Shown here in pieces: positions 32,580 to 45,392 of a DNA stretch of 64,000 bases. The position numbers and the translations under genes were made by a program. The notes under the pieces were generated by a model that saw only the letters and a program-made list of their open reading frames with translations, searched no databases and was not told where the DNA came from. Position 1 is the stretch's first letter, and the number at the start of each line of letters is the position of its first letter. This stretch comes from Eukaryota sp. TZLM1-RC (lineage: Eukaryota > Protista > Metamonada: BaSk clade): the NCBI GenBank assembly GCA_040285825.1, contig JAUPSS010000007.1, forward strand, positions 1,016,501 to 1,080,500, in the 5' to 3' direction.

Positions 32580-35150
32580 ATCAAAAAAAGTTGATTTAAG
32601 TTAAAATTTGATTCACCATTGATCAGATGGACATCATAAGGGAACCTTTGGAAAAATTTAACAATAAAATTGTTTCCACATCCTAAAAAAGCTGCTTTAC
32701 ATAAAATCGAAGATTTGTTGAAAATTATTCCACCCAAATCAGCAGAACAAAATAACTGACTCCGAATCAAAGATTCGTTAACTTCTAAAGAATTAAGAAG
32801 TTCTCGTTTGACTGCACTTGTCAAAAATTCAAAAATGGATGTTCGTCCTATTGCAGTCTCTGAGAGCTTACAAAATATTTTTTCTGCGTGTTGCTTAAGC
32901 AGGTTCAATGAGAAGGCAAAAAAGATTTTATTACCCTTTCAATATGGAATTAATACCACGGATGGACTCTCTTCAGCGATATTTGCTACTGATGTATTAT
33001 TTCGCCAAAATGAATCCAATGTTTGTATGTCATTGGATTTTAGTAATGCATTCAATTCACTCAGTCGTCGCAGTATCCATGGTGCTCTATTGCAATAGAT
33101 GCTGGAATTAATGCCGTATTTTCAATCAACATACAGCACATGTTCTAATTTACATTTTGGTGAGAGCATTTTGAGTTCATCAAGTGGTGTAAAGCAAGGA
33201 GATCCGTTAGGACCTCTTTTGTTTTGTTTGGCCATTCATCCTATTTTACTGCAAATTCAAGAGATGTTTCTCTCGCTAAAAATGATTGCATATATGGATG
33301 ATGTTGTGCTTATTGGTGATTTCAATATTGTGAAACAAGCAACTGTATGTTTTAAAGAATTATTTACCAAAATTGGTCTCCGACCCAATTTACTTAAATG
33401 TGTTTTTTTATCGAATTCTCCAGTTTCCACAATAGTTGATGGTATTGAAATTCAAGCCAAATTATATTCAATTGATGCTATTCGTCATTTGGGTTCGTTT
33501 TTAGGAAATAATGGTGAAATTACCAAAAAATTGTTTCAAAAGTTGAATTCAATTTCTGACAAAATTGACTGAATGATGAATTTAGATATACAAAAACACA
33601 TCAAATTTACCATTATAAGACTGTGTTTTAGTTCCAATTTTAATCATATATCTCGATCTACAAATCCTCTCGTCACCAGACCTTTAGCTCAGAAGTTTAA
33701 TGAATTACGTACAAAAGTTCTGTCTCAATTACTGGGATGTACAATGTTCCAAATTTCAGATCATGCTTACCTTAGTCCACATTATGGCGGTTTAGGGTGG
33801 ACGAAGGCTTCTATTTTTACCTCGTGTGTGTTGGAGGATGCAGAAATGCAATCTTTGAGTTTTCCGAAAGATTTGCAGATTGGGAAGATTTATTGATGAC
33901 AACTCAAAGTTCCACTGTTTTTGCATTAAATGAAGAAATTTCAAAAATTGATGAAGAAAAATGGGTTCGATGCTTTCCCCAATCTTTCAATGGCAATATT
34001 CTAGAAAAAAATGTTTTAAATTTGAAGTACACTCTTCGAACATTACAGAAACGATTGACTGGAATGTATGAAAAAGATCTTTGAAATAATATATGCAGCT
34101 CGGCTGTTTTAAATCAAGATCTTCACTCATTGTTATTGGAAAAAGGTGTTTGTGAAAACAAGTCATCAGATTCTTCACTTTTTGTAACCATTGTACCATG
34201 AAGATTTGGATTGTGTGCCACTAATGAAGCATTTGCTACAAAAATGAGATTATATTTGAATATCCCCATTAATCAATTATTATCAAAAGAAAAATGTATT
34301 TGTTCGAATTCACCTCAACTCTTTGCACCATGCTCTGAATTGCTCTAAATTGATAACTTATCGTTTTTCATTACATGATGCTGTTAGAGACACTGTTTTC
34401 AATATGGTACAAACTGCAAGAATATCGTGTATCAAAGAGTCCCTGCTGAAGGAAACACTTTCTCTGAATAATTTTGGTTCTGATGATAGAGGCGATGTGT
34501 ACTGTGATTGGATTGATAATTCTGAAGCTATTGATGACTTTGTCTCATGTAATGTTGCAAATGATACTTTGGTTCACAGAAGAAAACTTAATCCTGTGAG
34601 TGCTCTTGATTTTAATACAAAAGAAAAACATAGAAATATGATAAAGATATTGAAGAGGCTAATGCTGATAGAAATACACAGCTAGTTTTCATTGCTTTCC
34701 CATTTTCGATAAATGGAAGATTATCAGATGAAGCAGAAACTTTTTTGAATGACTTCCAAAAAATGGTGCAAGAAAAAACAATGAAAAGATTTGATATTTT
34801 TTTATGGCGTTCACGGATTCAATTTGCCATTATTAATAGATTACCACAATTTTTCAATCGAATAAGAGAAGCTTTAGCTAGACAGCGAGCAGATCAAGAT
34901 TTTGTAGAGGAAATCTTGGTTCAATGATAGTCGTCCCATTAGTTATGAGTTAATTTAATTAAGTGTGCAAATTCAATAAATATAATTAACTTCTCATAAA
35001 GAGGAAAAAAATTTACCCGAAGTTTGTTGGAAGATCTGCTAAAATTGAAACATACCGACGACAATAAAACTTAGATCCTTGTCAGATTTTTCCAATAAAA
35101 TGCTTAACTGGGAATAAATTTCATCCAAACTACCAAGCAAAGAAACTTAT
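32580..35150 (-). mobile_element. Older CRE-like copy split into 32580-32789 and 34986-~35150 by a nested family A insertion
   Basis: Joining the two flanks on the minus strand restores FSRSSNKLRVNFFSSL/EVNESLIRSQLFCSADLGG, homologous to family A KKFNELRAKVLSQLLG...HAYLSPHYGG. Confidence 0.7.
32790..34985 (+). mobile_element. Family A CRE-like non-LTR retrotransposon (RT + RLE), 5'-truncated, with stops and frameshifts
   Basis: RPIAV, FQYG, LDFSNAFNS, GVKQGDPLGPLLF, AYMDD, HLGSFLG, then RLE motifs; ttaacttct duplicated at 32778-32786 and 34986-34994. Confidence 0.95.
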
Positions 35151-35316
35151 TTCAGATCTAGATCTTGAAAAACATCTCAAATTCTTGTTTCTTAGAATTT
35201 GTTATTCAAAAAATTTACTCATATCCTGGGATCAACTTATCTTGAATTTTGCAGAATTTTTTACGTTTTTAGTAAAAAATGAAGTTGAATAACAGATAAA
35301 ATAAAATAAATAAAAG

Positions 35317-35630
35317 GACTTAGTGTGACTAAGACTAATCATCCCATCTTTGCTGCCATTTTGTCAGACATTCAAAATTGCACTCGTTTAAGTGTTCAGC
35401 AACCAAGGCCATTTGGTCTTCACTAAACAAATGAACCTTGGAAGCACAACATGCATAATTTTTGCTTTGTATAGAAGTGTTCCCAAGTATTTAAATTTAA
35501 TGATGTCCAAGCTTTACAAGGATTCTTCAAGAGTTGATGTGGAGAATTTTGTTTCTTATGGGTCTTAATTTGTTTTGTTTTGTAATAACGTAGTAAAATA
35601 ATAATTTTTTAATAAATAAAAAAATAAATT
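35317..35630 (+). mobile_element. Internally deleted family C fragment with its 3' end
   Basis: Matches ~22925-23060 joined directly to ~23610-23700. Confidence 0.7.
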
Positions 35631-35736
35631 TTAATGAAAAATCCTTGTCTTGAAATTCGATTTACAAATTTCCTCTCTGTTCGTCAAATCAGCACATCAT
35701 CCTACATCATTCTTGACCATCTACATCATCTCCTGA

Positions 35737-37458
35737 ATGTCTTCAGACCTTCTCAAAACACGTGTTGATGCACTGCGACGTCAAGTTGTCACACTTCAGC
35801 TCTACTCTCTTAGCAATGACAACACTTCAGCTGTCACCCTTCGTTCTCAGATTCTCAACGAGTCCCTAGACATTCTCAATTCTGTAGGTGCTGACACAAG
35901 ATTCTTGGATGGTGCTGATCCAAATGACCCTTCCACATTTACTCCTGATGTTTCTCTCATCTGTCGTATCCGTCGAGCCATTAATTCGACGTCTCAAGAC
36001 CTACAGAGCTCTAATGAACACAAACTACCCTCCTCCCAAGAAACACATCATCAATCATTCTCCCAATCATTCTCCCAGTCATCACGTGATGGTTCCCCTG
36101 TTCTTTCTCCTTCATCATCCCCTCAACGAGCCATTGCGCCTCAGCCTGAAATCCCTGCATCCTTGGCCTCCATGGACTCTCCATCTGATGACGAATTCTC
36201 CAATGTTTTCATATACGAAGATGACGTGGCGGAAGATCAGAATAACGTCTTGGAAGGGCAAAATCACGTGATTAATGAGCTTATGACACGTCAGCATTTT
36301 GGTGATGACGTGGCAAGTCTAGACCACATAGCTCAGTATTCACCAAGGTCTCCCTCAATGGAAAGCCATTTGACTTTTAAAGACCAGGGGACCAAAAATC
36401 AAAATTCACTGGACAAAGACGTTGAATTTGTCAGTGTAGCTGTTCAATCTGACCCCCAGTCTGACCCCCAATCAAATTCAGTTGATGCTTGCGTAATGAC
36501 TAATTTACCTCGTCGTAATGTTGGAATTTCAGTCAAACAGCCTGAGAACGTTGGTTTAAATGTGCTTGAGGATGACGTTTTGTCGTTGAGGGCAGCAATA
36601 GCAGCCACGAGAGAATATTTGGAAGCTTTGGAGAAGAGCTCACTAGAAATTTTGGAGAATATTAACAAAGATCAAGAGCAACAACAGCAAAATATTCAAG
36701 ATTATGGCCACCTTTTAAATAATTCCAGTCCCAAACAAAAATTCAATCAAAATGCCAGTTATCAAAATTTCAATCAAAATACCAATCAAAAATTCAATCA
36801 AAATGCCAGCCATCAAAATGCCAATCAAAAATTCAGTCAAAATGCCAGTCATCAAAATGCCAATCAAAAATTCAATCAAAATGCCAGTCATCAAAATTTC
36901 AATCAAGATGCCAATAAAAAATTCAATCAAACTGTCAATCATCATCAACACTGGGAACAGCAGAAGGTGTCGAAAAGAGATCACTCTCCAAATTATGAGG
37001 AAGAACCCAAAATTCGCCAAAATTCGCGGAGATCAAGTCCAGAATCAACAAGGTCTCGTACTACTTCTCCAACTGCTTCTGTTGACAACTCCCCCTCAGT
37101 AGTGGAGGCAAGACGTAGAGCCGCAAGAAGGGCTGCAGAGAGGAGAAGAAAAGAAAAAGAAGAACATGAAAAGAAGGAGAAACATCTTGCTCTTGAAATG
37201 GCAAGAAAACAAAAAGAGAGAGAGATGAGGATCAAAGAGTTTGAAAAACGAGAAAAATCACGACCGGTCAGCAGAAATAGGAGTAGAGATCAATCAAAAA
37301 TTTCGACTAGTCGACCATCGACACCAAGAAGTGTTTCTGTAGAGTTGAATAAGAAAGCTCTTGAGACACCAGAGAATTTTCAACCAAATTTTCAAGTAGA
37401 GCTCACAGAAGAGGAGAGTCAAATTTTTGAGCAAATAGAGCGGCAATTGGTGAGGTAG
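35737..37458 (+). CDS. Hypothetical low-complexity / coiled-coil protein (573 aa)
   Basis: Long clean ATG ORF; Ser-rich, N/Q repeats and an E/K/R charged helix; no recognisable domain. Confidence 0.75.
   Translation: MSSDLLKTRVDALRRQVVTLQLYSLSNDNTSAVTLRSQILNESLDILNSVGADTRFLDGADPNDPSTFTPDVSLICRIRRAINSTSQDLQSSNEHKLPSSQETHHQSFSQSFSQSSRDGSPVLSPSSSPQRAIAPQPEIPASLASMDSPSDDEFSNVFIYEDDVAEDQNNVLEGQNHVINELMTRQHFGDDVASLDHIAQYSPRSPSMESHLTFKDQGTKNQNSLDKDVEFVSVAVQSDPQSDPQSNSVDACVMTNLPRRNVGISVKQPENVGLNVLEDDVLSLRAAIAATREYLEALEKSSLEILENINKDQEQQQQNIQDYGHLLNNSSPKQKFNQNASYQNFNQNTNQKFNQNASHQNANQKFSQNASHQNANQKFNQNASHQNFNQDANKKFNQTVNHHQHWEQQKVSKRDHSPNYEEEPKIRQNSRRSSPESTRSRTTSPTASVDNSPSVVEARRRAARRAAERRRKEKEEHEKKEKHLALEMARKQKEREMRIKEFEKREKSRPVSRNRSRDQSKISTSRPSTPRSVSVELNKKALETPENFQPNFQVELTEEESQIFEQIERQLVR
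36732..36935 (+). repeat. Coding minisatellite (NQKFNQNASHQN-type units built from 12-nt subunits)
   Basis: Repeated aatcaaaaattc / aatcaaaatgcc / agtcatcaaaat. Confidence 0.9.
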
Positions 37459-37593
37459 TAGGGTGTATTTTTTAACTCATTTACTGTATTTTAGAATTAA
37501 TTTAATTTATTTGTTATAAATTTGTTTATATCTTCTTTAGTTTGGTGATGCTCTGTGCAAATTCTGAAGTTTTATTTTGACGTAAAAAGTTGA

Positions 37594-38570
37594 ATTGAAT
37601 TTAGAAATCAATTTCCTTTTTCTAATATATTTTGATTTCAAATTTACCATTATAAGACTTTGTTTTAGTTCCAACATTAATCATATATTTCGATCTACAA
37701 ATTCTCTTATCATTAGGTTTTTGGCCCAGAAGTTTAATGAATTATGTGCAAAAGTGTGGTCATATTACTAGGATGTAAAATGTACCAAATTCCATTTCTT
37801 AGTCCACATGATGGAGGTCTAGGGTGGACAAAGGCCTAAATTCTTATTTACTTTATTTGGTTTGCGTGCCACTAATGAAGCATTTGTAACAAAAATAAGA
37901 TTATATTTGAATATCCCCATCAATCAATTATTATCAAAAGAAAAATGTATTTGTTCGAATTCACCTCAACTCACTTTGCGCCATACTCTAAATTGTTCTG
38001 AATTGATAACTTATCGTTCTGCCTTACATGATGCTGTTAGAGACACTGTTTTCAATATGGCACAAACTGCAAGAATATCGTGTATCAAGAGCCACTGCTG
38101 AAGGACACTCTTTCTCTGAACAATTTTGGTTCTGATGATGGAGGTAATGTATACTGTGATTGGATTGATAACTCTGAAGCTATTGTTGACTTTGTCTCCA
38201 GATATGTTGCAAATGAACCTTTGGTTCAAAGAAGAAAACTTAATCCTGTAAATATGCTCGTATTTGAGGTCCTAGAAAAAACATAGAAAGTATGACAAAC
38301 AATATCGAACAAGTGGAAAAAGAAGGACCACTTGCTGATGCTTTCCCGTTTTCTATGTATGGTAGACCATTAATCGAAGCAGAAACTGTGTTGAATAAAT
38401 TTAAAAAATGGTTCAAGCAATCACAATGAGATGATGTATATCTTTTCATGGCGCTCTCGGATTCAATTTACCATTAGCAATAGATTGCTTCGAGTTTTCA
38501 ATCCAATTTGGGAAGCTTTAGCTAGACATCATGGAGAACAGAATTTTGTAGATAAAATCTTGATTAAGTT
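37594..38570 (+). mobile_element. Internally deleted family A copy (shares 5' junction and deletion with 46917-47953)
   Basis: First ~270 nt almost identical to 46917-47185; both skip several hundred nt of consensus between GGLGWTKA and FGLxATNE. Confidence 0.85.
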
Positions 38571-38735
38571 TGTAAGTTCAACAAATAATTTCTATCGAAT
38601 AAAGAAACACAAAAATCATCAAACAAAACCAAGTTTTCCATCACAAATAGATTGAAATGCTTGAGGAAAGCCATATCAGCCTCATCTAAAGATCCGAGTA
38701 AGGGAAAAAACAAATGGCTCAAATTTATATTGGAC

Positions 38736-38892
38736 TGTGAGTCTTGAATAGTATTGATAGCTTTTGTATTTTATTTTATTTAGTTTCCGCCAATCAGTAC
38801 AAGAAGAGATAATACAATTCCTCTTCGTAATAAATTACACTAGGTTTACACTACACTGAATGAACTCTGATGACAAACAACCTATTCCATCA
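38736..38892 (+). repeat. 5' LTR of element 2
   Basis: TG...CA, 157 bp, ungapped match to 45236-45392 with about 19 mismatches by hand count (~88% identity); the start could be 5 nt earlier. Confidence 0.92.
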
Positions 38893-41800
38893 ATACGTAT
38901 TGGTTTTTCTACGGCTCAGCGTAGCTACCATAATGACGAGACTGGTCCCTCTTCACTAACATCAGACCAATTGGATACTGCATCTTCGGTTGAAGCTCCT
39001 GCGCTTCCCGAAGTTCCCTCTTCTGGTGAAGTTTCCACACTTCCTGAAGACATCTTTCCCAAGGATTCTACTCTCATGGAAGTAGATAATCCTCCTCAGG
39101 ATTCTGCTCTTTTGGAAGGAAGAAGTCCTTCGTTAATACCATGCGACGAGGTCGTTGAGGATTTCGTTACTCCTTCTTCTTCCCCACAACATAGGGAATT
39201 TGAAGTTCCATCTTCTCCCCTCCCTCGAAGAATTTCTTAAGTTCCACATTCACCTTCAACCCAGAGAAACTGTTCAAACATTTCTTGCTACAAAGGAAGG
39301 AACTGGAGTTCAACCACGAAATCCTCCCTCTAAAGGTCACGGAAGTACCATGTTTATCCCCCGCTTCTGAATCTCAGGTCCCACCCTCTCAATATCAACA
39401 GCCTTCCTCGGTGCCAACTTTAAGAGAGCCATTCAATATCCTGCTGTTCCACCTTCAGGATCCCCAATTGCGTCCACTACAGGAAGTGGAATAAACAACC
39501 TTCCAGTTTCTCCTGCACACGCTGGTGATTTTGCTCCTAGCATCTCACACCTCCCTTCGTATTTTTTCGAAGAACAAAGGAAGAGGTATGAGCAAATCTT
39601 CTCTGAGTTGGTTGATTATGAGGAACCTCCCGTAAAATCCTCTTCAACAACTCAACGCTCAGCTTCTACCTACCACAGAGTCTGTACCGCAGTCGATATA
39701 TCTTCTTATAAAGTTCTTAAACGTTATTTGGATCAATATTACCAAGAGCGGCGCAATTGGAAACATAGTTTTCAGAAACGTTTTCAGACGTTTTGCTGGA
39801 GACTAAGACAACTTCTTCATTAATGAAGCAAATCCCTGTCCCTATTCTAGTCTCAGCTCTGGGTACAACGCCTCTTTGGACAATTTGTTTGACAGAGACC
39901 ACAGAACAGGTTGGTGGTTTACCGAAACTACCTATGGTGAAAGACTCTTTTTTATGATAGACGTCCTCATCACATTGCTTCATATTGTGGTCCCAACCAG
40001 AGCAAAAGCAGGTAATCTTCAAAGAGCTCTCCAGCAGGTCACAGTATTTCCCGGATGTGTTGAATAGAGAATGCTAAAATGATTAATTGTTGAAGGTAGA
40101 ATCGAGAAGAATCGCGTGGTACAAGCAGTATGTTCTTCACAACAGGTTTTTGCCCAAATTAAAGATATTCAGGAGTCACCTCAATCTCAACAGAGCGAAG
40201 TCCCAGCTCCCTCTGTACAACCAGCTGAATCAGTCCAACCTCCTATGGAAACTGACTCTCCTCCTCCCACGAACACCTCAAATCAGACAGCTATGGAATA
40301 TGCCGACGACGCCGTTGTGACAGTGAGTAGTGAGTCTCCGACCCCTACCACATCTTCTGTTGCGGTTCGAGCTCCCATCACTCCCGTTAGTCGAGCACCT
40401 CAACCCCGATTTACACCTTCTACAATGAGTTCTACCTTCACAATTTTTTCTAATCAATCACCTTTCTCGGGCACTTATTAAAGTAAACTTCTGCTTTCTT
40501 CTATGATTGGATCCAGAGACCAAGACGACAGACGTAGAAACCGCCCTAAACGTTGATATCTCGAAGCTTCTGATTTGAGAGATGCTGACAAACTTGTAAT
40601 GTTTGTAATTAAATTTATCCTCTGGAGCCGTACCGTCCGAGTCCTAAGAGAAACCAGAGGTAATGTTTAGGATCCACTTCAGGTTGTTCTAGCCAATGAA
40701 GTTGCTAGATCTCGTGACGAACTCGAACATGACAGAGAAGGTTCACAACCATCGTTCGATGAGTATTTCGGCAATATTACCGGTGAACCAGTTCATGAAT
40801 GTGACTTGTTCTGCCAAGCCATGAGAATCAACCCTCGAGGCCTCGCTGAATGTGTCACCCCTGAAGTGTTAAATGCTTTAAGATAATTAAGGTTCCCACC
40901 TAGCTATCTCAATTCAACAGACTGGATGAGGCAAAATGAGCTCTTTTCTCAACTAACAGATTAAGTAAAAGTATAATAATAGGTGGATTGGTTTTATGGT
41001 CAACATCGGCAGAGTACTGACTCGCTCCACTGCCATTCAAGATAATAGGGTATTTCTCAGCATATGAGGACATTCTCAATAAGCTCTACTCCTTCAGCAG
41101 ATAGATTTTCAGACTGGGTAGTACCTACTCGTGTCCTAGAAAGCATTGGAATCATCCCTATCAGAGACAGACTCCTCACAATTTTGTTTTTCTCAACAAC
41201 TACTCATCTTGGCAAATTCTTCAGTGTTGTTTAAATAAAATACAAGAATTTCTGTGATGTCAGGTCTTATTTTGAACAATTGAACCACGTCGATTTCACA
41301 TATCAGAACCAACTGACAAATCAACAAGCCACCCGCTGACCTCCACTAGTCGTACCCTTCCCACGAGGTTTTGGTCCAGGTAAACGCCCTAAACAAATTA
41401 AGAGAGGAGGTAGCTTACCAAAACCGTCTTCCACTGCCGTTGATGTGCAGTGTAATTTCTGCAAACAAATGGGCCACCAGACTGAAACGTGCCCAAGTGA
41501 GGACTGTCAAAGAAGCAAAAAATGGAAAGAGAAACAGGCTAAGAGAAGCAGAGGTTCTAGATGTTCTGGTTTCCGCATTAGAAGAGATTCACGTGGCAGA
41601 GGCAGAGGCCCTTTATCTCATAATAAGCGTTCCCCTCATTATTTACGTACATTCGAAACCATACCCCCTACAACGACAACACAATTTCACTCAGAAAATA
41701 CATCAGGGAAAGATCCTTAACCAATCCACTATCCGACTTAAAACCTTTCAAGACCTCCAACACCCAAACTAATTTCTTTTCAGAACAAGCCGAATACGAT

Positions 41801-43822
41801 TCTGATACAATTTTCATGGCTCAATCCACGAAATCAACACCCAACTGCCTCATATTAAACTTCATGATCTACAATGTCGAAGTTAAATGCATCATTGATT
41901 CTGGTGCAACATGCTCAGTAGTCACGGAAGACGTCATTAGCAATTGCAACAACCAAAGAAACCATGTATATAAAATTGCCGATGGAACCACATCTCAGTC
42001 CCTTGGTACTGCTTTTGGAACCCCTAGTATTAGACTAGGAAGCGTTAGCCAGATTGTACATGTGAAACACAAGTTCAGCATCATTTCTGGACATGAGACC
42101 ATTCTTTTTGGTGCAGACTTGTTGAGTCACCTTGGGCTAATCAACAACAAGGGCATATACATTAGAATGGCCGACGCCTGTCGTACATTACCATTACTTG
42201 AAGCTGAATTCGATCATCGAATATCACAAGCCTCAGAAGTAGTCAACGTTTACACACGTTGGTCGGAACACATCAACTCATCTGGTTGTACTATCAACCT
42301 AGACAACGACCATTACAAGAAGTCCCTACGTTAAATTTTGAGAGAGTTCGAAGATGTATTTACTCTCAAGCCTCATGGTGAAAATATTGATTGTTCTCCC
42401 ATGAAAATCACTTTTTACAATGAAAACGTCAGATTTGGAAGAACCCTCCCAGGATACTGAATTCAGCCAGGCTAGAGGTCGCTAACCATACTTTCGACAA
42501 ACTCGTAGACTCAGGATTCGCTGTCCAATCGAACCATGAGTTCAGCTCCCCTGTTTGTCTAGTGGTCTACCCAGATCAAGGTAAGCTTCGCCTTGCTGGT
42601 GACTATAGCGGCAAGTACGGAGTAAACACCAACACCATTCCTGTTGAGCCTAATCTTCCAAGGACATCTCATGTGTTGGTATATCTTTCCCAAGCGTATT
42701 ACATAAACACCCTTGACCATAGGTACAAACTTTGACGAGTTAAACGATCACCATCCATTAAGGTCTTGAACAAAAGCCAAAAAAGTATCCTTGGGACTTC
42801 TTAAGTGTGACTTCGTGTCTTCCAGACACTAAATAAGGATACTGGGCAGGGTTGTCCAAAACAAGACTAGGACAATCGAACCCCACTTGAACCGAGTCTT
42901 TGTTGAATCTTCCTAGACCAAAGACGGTAGAAGACGTCCGTAGCCTTGTAGGAGCAGTCAACTTCATCAGAAAATGGGTCCCACAGGTATCTGAGCTCTT
43001 TGCTCCTATCATCAAATTGACTCAGATAAAGGAGAGGAATAACGAAAACGTTAAATCCAAACCCAGAGCGCAACGCCTTCAATGGACCAACGTGCACGAT
43101 GGCTCCTTAGTCAGATCAAACAACTGATAGCGAAGCACAGGCCGCTCAACTTGCTTCCATCGAAAAACCAGGTTCTGATCAATTGCGATGCATCTGACAT
43201 TGCTGTCGGCGGAGTCATTTGGAAACAAAATGAACCTGTGAAGACCCCGGTACACCTCTGATCAACAGAAGGCCAATTAGTTTCTTCAGTCGACTGTTAT
43301 CAAACTCGCAGAAGAACTGGCCCACTAATCAGAAGGAACTCTACGCCATCTTGCTCATACTCACTCAAAGTAGTTTCGAAAACTACTTGAAAGGTAAGAA
43401 ACTGGTCATTTTTACAGACCATCAAAACCTTACCTATATTTTCACTGTTTCAGACAAGACCAGAATAATAACCAGGTGGTTACCTACTTTTTCCAAATTC
43501 TGCTTTGAATTGGTTCATACCAAGGGTGAGGATAACTTCTGGGCCGATATGTTGTCTCGAATAGTTCCTCCTACAAACCATCAAGAGATCAATCATTTGT
43601 CCCATCAATACTCTCAAAATTTTCATCCAATATTTTACATTGACAATAGATGGAACAGAAAATGAAAGATATTACATCGAGAACCTCAACAACTTTGAAC
43701 GTATCATGGTCATCAAAAAACGGTGTTCCGACGACCTTCCTATTTTCTAGCCATGGCTCTGTAGAATAAGGTCCGAACAGAAGCTTTCCATAGCTTTTAA
43801 AGACCCCTCATTTAACAACTGT

Positions 43823-45241
43823 GTGCATAATAATCATTTTGACCTATATATGACTCACGACAACAAGATTGTGATTCCCAAATCACTCATTAAGGACACT
43901 CTTAACTTGTTGCACGGACTTCTGCAAGGAGGCCATCCAAGCAAAGCTGAAAGCCTGAACAAGCTCAGGAACAGCGATTATTGGTGGCCAAACATGCTCA
44001 CCGACATGAATAAACACGTCCAAGAATACCCCTCCTGTCAGAAAATTAAGCCAGTTCCCAAACTGCATGTTCCCCCAACCGGTTCATTGTGGGCTGACAG
44101 ACCTTTTGCTCGCGTCAACGCCGACGTTATTGGTTGTCTTCCAGGAGATCTTGAACACTACAAATACATCCTTGTGTTTATAGACAGCTTTTCTAGATTT
44201 ACGATCATCGTGCCTTTAAAAGAAATAAATGCTAATTTTACTGCAGATGCATTAATTTGGAAAGTCTGTGCCATCTTTGTTATACCATGTCAAATCCACA
44301 GCGATAATGAACCAGAATTTTCCAAGGCAGCTGTCTTTGACGAACTGAGCAAATTTTCAGGTATTGAGGTGTCGAAGTCAATTTCCAGTTTTTCTCAGTC
44401 CAACAGTATAATAGAGCGCCAACACAGAGACATCCTGCAAAACCTAAGAAAATTGCTCGTAGACTTCGATGCCTACGATGTGTGGTCTGAATATTTGCCT
44501 TATGTTCAATTATTGATCAACTCTTCCAAGAGCTCAATAACAAACCACGCACCATACCAAGTGATCTTTGGCTCTGATGTGTCGCCCAGATCTGACCCTG
44601 CAGAATACTTGAAATTATCGAAAGTTCGACGTCTGAGTCAACATTTATTTGAGAAATTCAATCTAAATTTCGTAGGTTGAAAAAAACAGGAAAAGGCAGT
44701 ACACCATCAACCTTCCAAGGCTTCCAAGCTGAATAGATCAAGAACACCAAACCCTTTTGAAGTTGGTCAATTGGTTTCAAGAGCTTCTAGCTCCTCCGCT
44801 AAGCTAGATGGTGCTTATTTAGGACCCTTTTTAATAACCGAAATCGTATCTAATTCATCTATGAATATAAAGAACCTCTACACAAGTACGATCGTTCAAG
44901 CTAGCGTCAAACATCTAGCTCCTTGGCACTCAAGCCTATCTGCCAACGATGAGTTCCACTCATGGGTTGCTGCAGGTGATGTTGAAGAACACATCAAAGA
45001 AAAGGTGTTTAGTCAGGATGGTGATTTTTGCCAAGTGCAATGGCCTGGAAAAGAGATCACCACTGGACACATCTCTACAGTTCAAAATATTGCCGCGTAT
45101 AAAGACTTTATCAAGACTTCAAACTCACGTCACCGTACTAAGTCCGCTACTCCCAAGAAACCTTCCAAAACAAATACTTCAACTCCTGTGACTAGAGCTT
45201 TTAGTGCTCGTCGCTCGAAAGAGAGGAAAATGCAATGTTAG
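43823..45241 (+). pseudogene. Integrase + GPY/F + chromodomain remnant of element 2
   Basis: ORFs 43823-44680 and 44771-45241: FARVNADVIG, IDSFSRF, IHSDNE, IERQH; YLGPFLI; EEHIKEKVFSQDGDFCQVQWPGKEITT. Confidence 0.85.
45217..45230 (+). other. Polypurine tract of element 2
   Basis: GAAAGAGAGGAAAA just upstream of the 3' LTR. Confidence 0.8.
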
Positions 45242-45392
45242 TCTTGAGTAGTATTGATAGCTTTAGTATTATAGTTTATTTAGTTTTTGCCTATTAGTAC
45301 AAGAAGAGAGAATACAATTCCTCCTCGTAATAAATTACACTACGTTTACACTACACTGTATAAACTCTGATAACCAACAGCCTAGACCATCA
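45236..45392 (+). repeat. 3' LTR of element 2
   Basis: Direct repeat of 38736-38892. Confidence 0.92.

Larger units (their letters stand above)
38736..45392 (+). mobile_element. Full-span, dead Ty3/gypsy (chromovirus-like) LTR retrotransposon (element 2)
   Basis: 157-bp LTRs; gag knuckle CNFCKQMGHQTETC; protease IIDSGATCSVV; RT with its core deleted near 42715; RNase H (CDASD, QKELYAI, FTDHQNL, NFWADMLSR); integrase (GGHP..YWWP, D-D-E); GPF motif; chromodomain-like tail; PPT; many stops. Confidence 0.95.

Noticed and set aside
3547-36935. CRISPR-like arrays at the two tandem repeats (3547-3794 and 36732-36935)
   Set aside because: Both are in-frame coding minisatellites without unique spacers, in a eukaryotic context with no cas genes.
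38860-38892. Gag ATG inside the 5' LTR (Ty1-like arrangement)
   Set aside because: The 3' LTR has ATA at that position, so the ATG may be a post-insertion mutation; it cannot be polarised from two copies.
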